From NCBI RefSeq assembly GCF_009914755.1, contig NC_060947.1: a stretch of DNA of 64,000 bases; one strand, 5' to 3'. Source of the DNA: the human T2T-CHM13v2.0 reference genome, Homo sapiens. The notes beneath the pieces are model-generated. The model was not told where the DNA came from. It did no database searches and was given only the letters and a program-made list of their open reading frames with translations. Positions 47,266 through 62,797 of this stretch are shown in pieces; within the stretch, counting starts at the first letter, position 1; each line of letters opens with the position of its first letter. The position numbers were made by a program, and so were the translations under genes.

Positions 47266-50200
47266 TCATGAGGCCAAAATACATTTTTAAAAACATAAAT
47301 AAGAAAAAAACCTCAGTGCTAAAACAGTTAATGTCATTGGGGAGCCAGAGAGACTCACTTCCAACTGCCTCAGATTAACGCCAATGTTGTTTCCCTTGTA
47401 CACATAACAAAAAACTTCCTTTTTCATTCCTCAGTCTAGTCTCCAGTTAATCCTGAAATTGCATGCAACCCAACGTGAATCAAATAAAAAAGGAAAACAG
47501 TAATTATGCTGAATCAGACATTTTATATTTATATGTTCTAACCAGAGACTGAGCTGCATAAGCCAGAACTTTAACTAAATTCTTTTTTGAACATGTCCAG
47601 AAGATACCTCCTGTAAACTACTTGGGACAATTTCTACAGTGATAGGCCCTGTGGCTCAATTCGACCCTCCCCAAGTGAAACACAGAGCCAAATTGATGAT
47701 TCCAACAAAACAGGAGATCACAGATTCATTGCAAAATCCAACACATTACTTACGGTGGGGAAGGCGGAATACAAATCTTAAAGACACATGCTGTGTGTCA
47801 TATATAATCAACTCACTATTAGAAAGTATTGCTACCTCTCCAACACACATACACACGTACTTTTTTTCCACGTAGTCATAACAGCTTATAGGAGTCCTGG
47901 AATCCTTTGTGCATGTACATATGTATGTGTGTGTGAGCACATGATCATAGGTGCATTGCTCATGAACACAGAAGGGAACAAGAAATAAAAACTCCAAAAC
48001 TGCAACTAGGGCACAAAGTTCTGAGTATCATTCAATGTCATTGTGAAGAGGACCTTTGGCAAGTTCATGAATGCTTCTAACCCACTGCCTCACTCTTAAA
48101 AACAATTTCAACATAGATGAGTAATAAAATGCCCATTGTTGCATACCCTTTACCTTTGTCTTTATGGAGGGAGGCATAATGAAAATGGTTAGATTTTTAA
48201 ACTTATCTTCATTAGTATTTTCATTTTTACTAGTGAACTAGCTTTACCCAGTTAATATTCTATAGTATTAGAGTCCTAAATCCCTTCTCTCTTTGAAATG
48301 CCTGGGCACTCCCTTCTCGTCATCTGTATCGCTTGTATGGCACTTATCACCACTGTGTTGTATTCTAATTTTGTGTGTGCGTGGCTTATCTCCTTACTAA
48401 TAGGAAAGGTCCTGGTGGCAGAAGCCCCTCCTGCCTTTCTTGCTGTCTCCACAATGCTGAGCAGAGGATACTGCACATAGTGGGCGCTCCAAAAGTACAT
48501 GGCCATTGAAAGCTGAACAAAAACATAATCTTTGTGTTAAAGATCCCTTTTGATCATGGCACCTGGACTCAGCATTATTTGAAAAGTACAGGGGTCAAGC
48601 AGACAGGCAATGCAGGACCTCAGTTGGAAGCCCTGTCAGCATGATGTACTCCCTGACACCCTTGAGAGCACATCAGATGATCCTAACTATGATCTATAAA
48701 GACTGAGACTCCTCCAGAACATGGAGTATTCTTAAAGCCTGTTCAAACCTCTAGAAGGCAAGTGCAAGGCCATCTGGAATAAAACATTAAACTTGGGCTG
48801 AGCCTGGGGCTCAATGAGCTAGGTACCCAGACTTTGTGATACTTCACCTGGAAAATGATCCTGGGTGTTTTGCACTGAAAAAAGCACATTCCCCATCCCA
48901 GGCAAAGTGCCTGGCAATTAATCCATCCAGACCTAGGCTGAATACAAGTCACTATATTGACTATCCCCCTTAAAAAATGACCAAAATTATCTGAGTGTAG
49001 CTCAGAGAAGACAAGGCTAATGTATGCATCTGGAGAGGCCAGGGTGATGGTAAAGATTACGCCTGTTTCTATACTGGCCGTCTAAAGGTATTTACTTGGG
49101 TCTGTCTGTGTTGTGACAGTGTCCTAGACTCAAATGAATGCCTCTAACACTCCACATTTTTGAGCCATTCAGTCATGCATTTTTGTTATTGTTGAAAGTG
49201 GTGCGAAATTGCACTGCATGAGCTAAAGTCCTTGGTGGTCTTCCAAGGATTCCAGCTAAAAAGGCACTTCCTTTGTTCCTCAGGAGAATGCAGTCCAGTA
49301 GGTCATTCAAAAGGGGAAATAAAAGCAGCAGCCCAGGGAGGGAGATGAAGGACAAGACAAAAAGAATAAAATGTTTTGGGTGTGAGCACATTAGCTTCCA
49401 TTTCCTGCTGCTGGTCACTAATAACTCCCCTATCTTTGGCATGGGGGAATGTCCAGATAGACATATACGCAAAATATCCCTCAGGTGATTTCTGGGGATG
49501 ATGACAATCAAAGGGAACACCTAGCACAGAGTCTCTGAGCACCCTTCAAGCTTCCTTTTTCCTGAGATGCTGGCTGGGGAAGATGCCCTGCCACAGCGAA
49601 AGACTGCACAGAGCAAAGTTGGGGAAACTGGGGAGGGCAGTTTCACAACCCCACTCGCTGAATGCCTGCAGTCAATATCAAAGGCACATATTGTTTGCAT
49701 GAGCAGAAGATGAAACCTTGTCACATTCCCATTAAGTGCAGAGCTGCATCTACCCCTTCAAAATGTGGGAATGACAACTGTAACCTTCACGCCAATCATC
49801 TCCGCTGTGCCCAGGCCTAAACTGTGCAGGGCACAAAGACCCCAGGTTTGACCTGCAGAGTCCCCAAGCTTCAGCGGCTGGTGGTTCACTTCATTTTTTT
49901 TCTGGCGGGGCAGGAGGAAGGGAAAGAAAGAGGGCTTTTCAGGGCTCTACAACCAATAAAATCGTGCCGCTTTGAGGACATACTTGAGCTCCCCAAAAGA
50001 CAGGCAGCTGAAGGGCAAACAGTGTCTAATCAGTAGTGAGCATGTTATTTGGTAACTGCCAAGGTGCAGTGGGCGCCTGGGCTGCTCCAACAATTTCTTC
50101 GCTTCTATTTCTAGACAGACGCCAGTTACACTCCAAAAGTGCCCAGCAACTTCCCTCAATTACCTTTGTAATTAATATGTAATTGATGACTGCACTTAAT

Positions 50201-51459
50201 CTCCAAGGTTATTAATAGCCCTTCCAAAAAATGACCCCCAAATCTTCCTAAGCCTTTGGAAGCGCCTGGTTGAAATTACAGTATTTCCTTTGCTGGCTGC
50301 CGGCCCCCTGCCCGCCCCACCCGGAGACCAGCACGGCAAGGCAAAGGCGCGCTCCACTCACTTCCATGAAAGGTTCGGAGTGGAGGCTCAGCCCCCCCCC
50401 CGGGCTCGAATCTCTCACTCCTCCGTTAGATTACGCTGGCCACCAGCCAGCTAGATTCGTGGTGCTTTCTGAGCCCCCAGGGCGAACGGGCTACCTGCGC
50501 GGCCGGCGGGGCTGCGCGCAACAGTTGGCCGCTGCTAAGAAGACAGTGCGACCCGGAGGGGACCCGGCCGGACACCGCCGCCAGCTTCGCTGGGAGGGAC
50601 GCAGGGCACCCGCCGAACGCTGCCTCCCCAGCGCTCCGAGAGGGGCTTTCACAAATACCCCCATACACCCCCCATCCCACCCCACCGGCGCCAAAATCCG
50701 GTGAACTTTCTCACAGGCTAAGCCGTCTCTATTTGCATAACCATCTCCAAACTGAGATTCAGGTTTCCTGTAATCAGTCCTTTCAAAGGTCTGTAATTGA
50801 AAGTGCAATTAACCCTTAAAATGAGGTAAGAAAAAAGAAAGAGGGGAAAAATACTCCTCTGGTCTGATACCTTCCGGAAAGTAGGAGAGTTCCCAAAAGT
50901 CAGGGTTTGGAGGGGTGGAGAGTGGGGGTAGTCGTTTGCTTTTTAAAGGCGACTTCTGAAGCGGTTGCGGCTACTAAAACTCCTAATCCTTGTCAGCGGT
51001 GCAAGAGAGGCGGGGAGAGAGTTTTAAAAGAACATCAATGAAACATCAATTCAAGTTCCACGTTTTGCGACCCCCAGAATCTAGCAAGCTCCGGGACGTT
51101 TCCCTCCACCACACCCCACTGGCGACCCCCACCCCCACCCGGCCTCTCCTCACCCATACAACAAAGCGGGGCGTCCTATAAGGAGTTCAACCCGGAAAAG
51201 GAGAAGTAGCCGGTGACACGCACTTTGAGGGCCACAGTCCTCAGGGGCTTCCCGGGACGGCGAATAATGCAGGGGGGAGAGGAGGAGCGGAGGCGGGGAG
51301 CGGAGCGCGACAGTCGCACTGGGCAACCCGGCGGCGCCCCTCCGCTCGCAGTGCTGGGAAGGGGGGAGCGCTGCGCCCGCGGGGAACGTCCTGCGCCCGG
51401 GCTGCCTGGCTCTCTCGCTCGCTCGCTCCTGCCCTCTCGACTGCCCATTTCTCCCTCTA

Positions 51460-52250
<791 letters not shown>

Positions 52251-54554
52251 GGCCGGCGTGCGCGGCGACGCTCCGCAAACTTGGCCAAGCGGGCGGCACT
52301 CGGGGGGAGGGGGCGGGCGTCGTGGGGGGGCCGGAGACAGGCGGGAGCACGCTGGGCCGGGCCGGGAGAAAACCTGGAAGCCGGGTTGGATCCGGAGCGG
52401 CCAAATCCACTTCCTAGGGGGCCGCACCGGGCGCCCGGCGCTCCTTCGCGTGACACGCCCCACCCGGCTCCTCCTTCCTCCCCTCCTCCTCGGAGGCGGG
52501 GAGCCAGCCCACCGCCCCCCAACCACAAAGGGAAGGCCAACTACTCCGGGCTGAAGGGCCCAGGTTCTGGGGAACGGGACGGCCTGGGACTTGTCCCGAA
52601 GCCCATGTCTGAGCCCCAGGCCTTCTTGCGCGCGGCCACCTGACCCGCCGCCTATGGGCAAAAGCCGCGCGGAGCCCTCCCGCCGCGATATCCGCCTCCC
52701 CGCTGCCATCCCGCACCCGCGGACGCTCCTATCCGCGCAGCTCCCGGGCTGGGCGGGGAAGGCACATTACTCGCATTGTTTCGCTGCAGGCAGCAGGGGG
52801 ATTTGGGGCTCCGAGCTCGTCCTAGAGCCTCACCTGGTCTCCCCAGACCTGCTTCCCATAGGACGGTACTCGTGAAACACCAGTTTGTCCAGGACCCCAT
52901 CAGGCATCCTCCTTCCCGCATCCGCAACACTCCAACCCCTCGACGCCACTCCCACCCCCGACCCGGTTCTACTACAAGTCTAACCGAACTCTGAAGCGGG
53001 AGAAACCCCCAACCGCGAGGTGAGGGGGCAAAGACAGGGTTGACCGCAGAGATCTTGGAGACCATTTGGCCCAACCCTTCCTTCTATTAAGGGAACTGGG
53101 GCCCAGAAATGGGAAGCGACTTGGTAAATAGCACGCCGGGGAAGGGGGCGTCCAGAACCCGGGACTCTTGACTCTCGAATTTCATGGAATAATGGTAGCC
53201 CAGGACTCCCAAACCCCCTACCCCCTCAAGCCCCTTGAGAGAGACTGACACCCCTCTGGGACTCAGTCCCCACTTTTCCACCAGAAAACTGGAAATGGGA
53301 GAGACTTCCCATCTTGCAAGCTTTGTCAGATTCCATTAATGAGTGTTTTTTTGAAGCTCCCAGCGCTCCTTAAATGAAGGGAACTGTGCAGCTCGGGAAC
53401 TTGTCATTACCGTTGTTATTGTTACAATCTGCTTTAAGAGGTTGGGTTGAGAAGTGCCTCAGACACCTCGGGAGTGTGCTGGGAACTGGGCAGATAAAAA
53501 GGGCTGGAACTTATTATTTGGCTAGACTCTCAATTCCCATAAAATTACATAGGGCAAAGATACGAACCATCATTACAGTTATCACCCTCAGAGGGTTTGT
53601 TGAGACTTTCTCCACTGTTGTTTGTAAACCACGTTGACATGGCTGGCTATGAGGAGCTGTTATTTTGAATACCTGCTTGCAGACTCTTCTACATTTTGTT
53701 AACAGACTATCAACATGAACAGACTGTGACCCGTCTATAACTGTGACTTCCAATTTCTGTGGGCTGGCTGAATATTTAACTCTGAAACTAGGAGAGCAAT
53801 TTTTTTAATGTGCAAACTCAACTACAATTGAATTTCCTGCCATTTTCAAGACTTTCCTTAAACTGGTAACCATCAAGTCCTGAAGGCATTGCTAGGGCTT
53901 AGCTGAGCACTTTTAATTTTCATTGATTGATACATTTACTTAAAGATGTTCTTCACCAAGGAGAATATGCTCTGAGATGCAACGAGCATTATTATAAAAT
54001 GGAAGCCAGTGACCGTAAGAGAGAAAATGATACTCCTGAACCATGAAGGCCAAATCAGAAAGCTACTTCTCACACCAAGGCTGGGAGGAACTCATTCGTT
54101 GCCGCCGCTCCCCCCCGCCGCCCCCGCCCTCCCCAGGTTTACTCCTGCTCTTCCTCATAATGTATTATTAACCCAAACTTGAGCCTTTTCCACCAGAAAC
54201 AGTAACCTCTGGCTACAAACAGATCTGGACAAGTCTGAACTTTACCAAGGGAGGCAGGAACCCCAAGCCGTGCTCAGAGGCGGCTCCCACTTCAAAGCCT
54301 CCTTTCATTTAAATACAAACAGGGTGAACAACTGGCAATCTACGAAACAAATACCATCCAGAAGGGAAGCTTTCTTTTCAGATGGGCCAGAACTCCTTCT
54401 TCCCTCTCCCACTCCCATCCCTGCTGTCTTCAGAAGAGGCTTCTTAGTGGAGATGCACCTACTCCTTGTAAGTTCTCTCAACGCCAAAAAATAGAGACTG
54501 CATGTTGACTGCAAAAATCGATGACTTCTCAGGCTGATTAACCGTCATATAACT

Positions 54555-54980
54555 TTTTTTTTTTTTTGCTTTTTAGAATTGTGGTAAAAAGCACACACAT
54601 ACGCAATTTGGTATCATTTTAACCATTTTGAAATGCACACTTCAGTGGCATTTAGTACAATCATAATGTACAATCATCACCACTAGTTACAGAACATTTT
54701 CATCACTCCAAAAGGAGACCACATACCCATTAAGCACTCAAAGTTCATTCTCTTCTCCTTCCAGTCCCTACAAACCACTAATTTGCTTTGTCTCTATGGA
54801 TTTGCCTGTTCCAGACATTTTGTAGAAATGGAATCATACAATACAGGGCTTTTGTGTCTGACTTCTTCCACTTAGCATCATGTTTTCAAGGTCCATCCAT
54901 ATGGTAACATGTATCAGTACTTCATTCCTTTTTATGACTGAATAATGTTCCATTTACGGATATACCACATTTTGTTCATA
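54555..54980 (-). mobile_element. L1MB-like 3' fragment
   Basis: T-tail then AATTGTGGTAAAA, CAGTGGCATTTAGTACA, AATGGAATCATACAATA, TGTATCAGTACTTCATTCCTTTTTATG. Confidence 0.85.
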
Positions 54981-55648
54981 TAGCACTTTACAAGTTTGCA
55001 CAGTGCTTCCAGGTGCACCCTCATATCTTAGAATATTTTGTTTTTTGTTTGTTTGTTTTTAATTGATAAGCAAACCAAGTCTCAGCAAGGTTCTGTGGCT
55101 TCTCCACAGCCACAGAGCTCTTGGGTGGCTAAACCAAGACTGAAATCTAAGGCCTCTGACCAAATCCCATGCTATTTTTGTTGTGGTTGTTGTTGTTGGT
55201 CAGAGAACACAGTGCTCTGGGTCTCTTTTACTGTCAGCAGTGAATGTACAACTGCCAAGGTCCTGTGGAAGTATCTTTGTTTTAGATTGATAAATGTTCA
55301 TTGAACACCTCCTATGTGCCTGACAATGTTCAGTCCTAGAGGAAGGGAAGATGTATAAGCCAAAAGGAGTTTACAGTTTTATAAACGGTGTGCAAAGGCT
55401 TGCTTAGATAGAATGCACTAATGGTATACTTGTTTTTCCCAGGTCAGGAGTTTCCCCTGATATGACACTGGGAGGGGGAGGGTACATTTGCTGGTGGGCA
55501 GAGAGAACAAAGAATGCATTCCCATGCTTCTGTCCTCCAATCCAAGAGAACTGGTTGAGCCAGGTCTACTCTCTCAGCTTTGAGGACACTTCTCATGGCC
55601 TGCTGGGGAGCTACCCTGATTTCCAAATATGGGGCTGGGAAGAACCAA

Positions 55649-56025
<377 letters not shown>

Positions 56026-56136
56026 TTAGGGTAAGATGTTGGCCTGCAGCCCTCTAGTCTTTCCCTGTATCCAGCCCATTCCCCACACAGCCATCAGAGT
56101 GAGGCTTTGACAACATCTTCTGGACAATGTCCTTCT

Positions 56137-56482
56137 GGCTGATTTTTGTAGAGACGTTTTGTCATGTTGCCCAGGCTGGTCTTGAACTCCCAGGCTCAAG
56201 TGATCCTCCCACCTCGGCTTCCCAAAGTGTTAGGATTATAGGTGCGAACCACTGTGCCTGCCCCCCCACCTTTTTTTCTTTTTCTTTTTTCTTTTTTTTT
56301 TTTTTTGATGCAGGCTCTGTCGCCTAGGCTAGAGTATAGCTTCCACCTTCCTGGGCTCAAGCGATCCTCCCAGCTCAGCCTCCCGAGTAGCTGGGACTAC
56401 AGACACATGCCACCATGCCCAGCTAATTTTTTTTTTTTTTTTGTATTTTGTAGAGACAGGGTGTCACCATTTTGCTCAGGCT
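56137..56482 (-). mobile_element. Two Alu fragments
   Basis: Left arm 56137-56262; partial right arm/linker 56271-56482. Confidence 0.85.
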
Positions 56483-56763
56483 ACATTTCCAACTTTCTTA
56501 CTGGCCCTTCCCTATCCTGTATCCTGTGCTCTGGCCCCACAAGAATGTGTCATCATTCTCCGTCCTGCATGGATTTCTCTACCTGTACCCTGCCCCTTCT
56601 TATGCTATCCTTTCATTCCCCTCCATTTCCTGGACAATTCTTTCATACTCATCCTTCAAGACTCAGCTGAGAAGTCACATCTTCTGGAAAGCTTTCCTGG
56701 ATTCCTCCAAGCAGAGCTAGCCCCTCCTCCTCCTTTTAGGCCTCCAAAGCACTGTCTGCATAA

Positions 56764-57165
<402 letters not shown>

Positions 57166-57558
57166 TTAGGCTTTATTTTTATTTGCATGCCTATTGCCTA
57201 AAAGAGTACAGGTTCACCAGATGGGCAGTTTCCCTGGGGAATAAAAGACCTACATTTGTATTTGAAACCTCCTGATTTTTAAATGTTAGTGACTGCTTCA
57301 GAACTCTTAAAAGTTTGTTTGACAGATTCAGCCCAGATTTCACCCAGTAGCTTTCCTCCCTCGCCCCATGCCTGTCTTTCAAGCAACCAAGCAGTATCTT
57401 CTGTTTACTTTGTACAAAGGTTGGTTCTGTGAAGGTTCCAGAAACTTAAATGATAGATGCCTTTGAGGATCTGACAGCCTGTTTAGGGAGGTAGGACCCA
57501 TATATACATGGAGAAAGACACTGGCAAATATAAGGCAATGCATGTATGCCAGTCATCC

Positions 57559-58278
57559 TGAGACAGGAGAATAGGGTCTGGAAGCAGGGAACCTAAGGCT
57601 GAATCACTCTGACTTCCTAGAACCAAGTCAAAAGGAAAAACCCAACTTTCCACACCTAAGTAACAAAAGGACCAGAAGCTACACCTTTTGCAAGTCCCCT
57701 TCCTTTTTTCTATGTAGCAGATGGAAAATTGAAAGTACCTCTGATTGGTTGCTTTTTGAAACCAATCAGACATTTGCATAGGAGTGTAACTTTGTAACTT
57801 TGCTTCAGCCTCTGATCGGTTGCGTTCCACAACAAATCAGACTTTTGCATAGGGTGTAACCTTTGTAACTTCACTTCAGCCTCTGATTGGGGGCCAACTC
57901 TTCATTTGCATAGAAGTGTAACTTTGTAACATTATTTTAGCCTCTGATTGGTTGCTTTCCACAACCAAATGGACGTTTGCATAGGGTGTAATCTTTGTAA
58001 CTCCCCTTCAGCCTCTGATTGCTGGCCATTACTTCATTTCCATGGGGTGTACACCAAGTGGCCAATGGGAAACTTCTAGACGGTATTTAAACCCCAGAAA
58101 ATTCTGTAACTAAGCTCTTGAGCCCTTAAGCTCAGGCCCGCTCCCACCTTGTGGAGTGTACTTTCATTTTCAATAAATGTCTGCTTTTGTTGCTTCATTC
58201 TTTCCTTGCTTTGTTTGTGTGTTTTGTCTAATTCTTTGTTCAAGACACCAAGAATCTGGACACCCTTCACTGGTAACA
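57559..58278 (+). mobile_element. ERV1 solo LTR, MER51-like (same family as 3426-4001)
   Basis: TGAGACAGGAGAATAGGGTCTGG...GGTAACA, perfect 4-bp TSD ATCC (57555-57558 / 58279-58282), TATTTAAA at 58084, AATAAA at 58172, expanded internal repeats. Confidence 0.9.
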
Positions 58279-59444
58279 ATCCCAGTTTGCTCTTTTTTAT
58301 GAAGGCTGGTTTCTTTCTTGGTCACTCTGGACATTTTTACAGAAGTGCCAGTAATTAAAGGATCAGCCACCTGGAAGGAGTTGATGTGAGTAAATTCATT
58401 CCTGTCTCCCAATTCCATATATCCCTTCAGTATTCTTTCTTTACTGCCTGAAATTTGCTCTAGCTTTCCTTCTCCCTCAGAGAGCTCCTTCGTGTTTACA
58501 GATTTAACCACCAACTGTAGGTCCCCAGCACCCTACTTTTGTTTTTGTGCCTGTGCAGTGGCTCCCAGTGCTGTAGTTGCCTAACTGTCTCAATCACTTG
58601 GATCTATTGCATCCTCCTTTCCATTCCACAACCATCAACCCCTATCCAGCTTCCATTACCTCTTGTCTAGACTGTAGAGCCACCCTCCTAACAGATCATC
58701 TGGCCTCCAATGCTCCTCTGCATCCATCCACCGAGGGAGAATCCCCAAATCCATCTTCCTATAACATTTATAAGCATCATACTCCTTGGTTAAAAAGTAT
58801 TTCATGGGAAGACAATATCACAATAATAACTGATATTGGTTTAGTACTGTGGAGTTTATGAATTGCTTTCACATGTATTATCTGTGAAGTATGTCATATT
58901 TTCCCTAATTTATGGATGAGGAAACACATTCAGAAATTTAAATTGAAATCCTCTGAGTCCCAGTTTGATGAAACAGCCATTTTATACTATACCCGAAGCC
59001 CAAAACTTGCCCAGGAAAACATCAAACTCAGTACAAGGCTGGTGGATACAAGACTGGAGATGGTAGGAACCCCTTGAGGCCTTGTGGGATGAAGGGGAGT
59101 CCACCTAGGCAGAGAGCCAGGGTGGGGAACGGGAGGCCAGCAGAGGCCCGTGAAGGCATTATCTTGAGTGAGTACAGGTTCATCTGGGAGACTATGATGA
59201 AGTAAGTTGCCAGATAATGGAGGCACATTATCCTGGGGTCACAGTGCCATCTTGAGCCTATCGACACTGAAGATTTATAAGCAGAGAGGGAGATATCAAA
59301 GTAGTACATTGGAAAGAATGATCTGAAGGGGCGGGAGGCATAGGATGGATTGAAAAGTGGCAAGTTGCAGTCTCCTCAAGAAAGAGACGAAGGCCCAACA
59401 TTTCCTCATCCAGGGATTCTGTATGAAGAGCAAAAAATAAATAC

Positions 59445-59760
59445 GGCCAGGCACAAGGGCTCATGCCTGTAATCCCAGCACTTTGAGAGGCTGAGGTGGG
59501 CGGATCACTTGAGCTCAGGAGTTCAAGACCAGCAGAGGCAACATGGTGAAACCTTGTTTCTACAAAAAATAAAGAAAAAATTAGCTGGGCATGGTGGCAC
59601 CTGACTGTAGTCACAGTTACTCGAGAGGTGGGAGGATTGCTTGAGCCTGGAGTTTGAGGCTGCAATGAGCTGAGATTGCACCATTGCACTCCAGCCTGGG
59701 CAACAGAGCAAAACCTTGTCTCAAAAAAAAAAAAAAGAAAAGAAAAAAAAAGAAGGAAAG
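59445..59760 (+). mobile_element. Alu (AluJ-like)
   Basis: Full dimer, A-rich tail. Confidence 0.92.
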
Positions 59761-59779
59761 AAGAAAGGCAGTGTTACCC

Positions 59780-60075
59780 AATGAAAGAGGCTATGGGGCC
59801 AAGCAAACAGAGTTAAATCCTGGTTCTGCCATTTACTGTCTGTGTGTCCTTAGATAAGTAACACCCTCCCTGAGCCTTATTTTTCTCGTGTGTCACACCT
59901 ACACTATCAGGATTAAAAATATAGAAAGATAGAGCGATAGATACATATATAGGGCATCCCTCTTGGCCCAAAGCATGCCTAACTCATTTTTGTACCCTCA
60001 GCACCGGGCACAGAGTAGAAAATACATATACCTCGAAGTAATTGGAAAGCAATTAGCACACTGCCTGATACAAAG
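59780..60075 (+). mobile_element. MIR fragments
   Basis: GTTAAATCCTGGTTCTGCCATTTACTG..TGTGTGTCCTTAGATAAGT...TGAGCCT; AGCACACTGCCTGATACA. Confidence 0.55.
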
Positions 60076-60968
60076 CATTCATTTATTTATCCATTACTCG
60101 TTCCTTCACTCAACAAGTATTTACTGAGGATTGCCACTGTTTTAGGCTTTGGAGATATAGTTATGAATAAAACAAAATCCTGTCTCTCATGGGGCCTAAA
60201 AGCGGGCGCTCAATACATAGTAGCTACTATTATTATTATTATGGTTGTTATAAATTCCACGTACTTCGCATTTTGCTCACACCCAGCCCTGCCAGCACTA
60301 AATGCTATTTAGTATGATAGTAAATTGATCTAATAATTTTGTATCAGGGCTCCTGAATTACATCTGTATTGGTCCATAATTAGCATTGAATTATTAATTA
60401 TTGTGTTGTAGAACAGAAAGGGATTTCAATTGCTTTCATACAATATGACCTTCTCACTACAGAGAAGGTGTTTCTTATTATTCCCATTTTCCTGACAAGA
60501 TAACTGAGGCCCAAAGAGTAACATGGCCATTCTTATGTAATAATCATATAAGTGATTAGTATTTGCATTATTATTTGTGATAATAATATAAGTGATATTA
60601 TTTTATACTTTACTACAGGGACAAAGGTTGCATGAAGTATGCAGCTTTTATAAAATTTACATCTCATGCCCCATGCTCATAGGAGAACAAAGACCAAAGG
60701 CAGTATAGGAAGAGAGCTGGCTAATGTTCCCTGCACCTAAGCTATAATTTATAGTCTGATTTATAAAGAGCATTTCTAATTACTGAAAAAAAAAACCCAC
60801 TTTTCAGTGAGTACACTTCCATGTGATGGCAGAATGGTTGCCATAGATATTCATTACTCTAGCTTGTTGTACATGATTAGATCGCAGCGCATTTCAGTGT
60901 AATTGGGGGAGAGTTCCTTCTCTAATTTGCCCACTGGACATAAATGGTTCATTCATGGAAATAAAATT

Positions 60969-61455
<487 letters not shown>

Positions 61456-62633
61456 TAAATAAAAACACTGACACTTCGAATTGGCTCTTAGATTGTTGAA
61501 GTCACTTCTGGAACATTCATTTTTCAAACGTGTTTCTATTACTCTTCCACATCTCACCTGGCTGATGAGAAAATTGCACAGGCAAAAAGAGACAGGATGG
61601 AGGCAGGGAGTTTACATTATTACAGCAGAGGCTATGGGAATATGAGATCTGGAAGGGGCCTTGGCATTCTAGTCAATCCACCTCAAACTTGACCTTTCCT
61701 TTTTTGTTTTTCAAAATCTCAAGCCTGTAAAGGGCTGTCAGAGGCAAAGCACGAGGTCTGACTCAAGCAGTTGCTGTAGCAATGGTGTTTTCCAACCTTG
61801 CTTCTTCTACTTGGATTTCATATGAGAATAAGGGCTCCCAGGTATCAGGCACATTTATGGCTCAAGATTGCAAAGGATGCCTAGTGACATGTGGTAGTGC
61901 ACATTGCATTTTATATTCATTCTCTACCCCATTTGGAAAAGCGGACAAGCTGTCTGGTGTCAGCTTCACTCTCCCAGGGCTCCAGGGAGCCAAAGGGCAC
62001 CCTCCCCCAACTCTGGCCCTGAACTTCATGAAACTTGCTCCTCTTCAGTGAGGATCAGAAAACTGAGTTACAAAAACAGAAAGCAACAGAATTTTTTAAA
62101 TGGACATGAAAATGTTCTTAATGAAGTGCCAATTAAGCCCAACAGGTTTTTTTGGACTTGCACTTCAAACCTGGGGAGTTGGAATGAATTCCTTTTCTTC
62201 TTTTCTCCTCCTCCTCTTCTTTTTCTTACTTTTTCATAGCACCATCATCCTTGCCTTTATGTGAAGAGACAATATGCATTTTTAGGAAGACCCAGCAGGG
62301 AGCAGGCATTTTTATTCCAAAGAGATACCGCAGATAAAAAGAGTTGGAGAGAGGGTCAGCCATGGTTTGACATTTGTCATTTTCTAACACTGATGGGCAA
62401 TGTCTGCGGAACTGCTGCTGTTACTGCTGCTACAACAATAACGCATTCAAATGAGGAAGGAAACTATGAAACCTGGATAGACATTCCAAGAGTGTAGCTG
62501 AATCCAAGCTGTACACCAGCACGAGGGAGTTGGCTTTTCCCATGTCCCTGTCTACTAATATATGCAAGCTTTTCTCACCCAGTCTGACTTTCGATGATAA
62601 TTCTATCCAACATTTTCTTAATAATTCTCAGAG

Positions 62634-62773
62634 GGCCTGGCGCGGTGGCTCATGCCTGTAATCCCAGCACTTTGGGAGTCCAAGGCGGGCGGATCACAAG
62701 GTCAGGAGTTCAAGACCAGCCTGACCAATATGGTGAAACCTCGTCTCTACTAAAAATACGAAATTTAGCCAGC
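62634..62773 (+). mobile_element. Alu left arm only (3' truncated)
   Basis: Ends just after the middle linker TTAGCCAG. Confidence 0.88.
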
Positions 62774-62797
62774 TTACCAGGACAGTGAAAGCTCTCA

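Noticed and set aside
57730-58030. CRISPR-like or novel repeat array
   Set aside because: Degenerate tandem units within an LTR U3 in eukaryotic DNA; no unique spacers and no cas genes.
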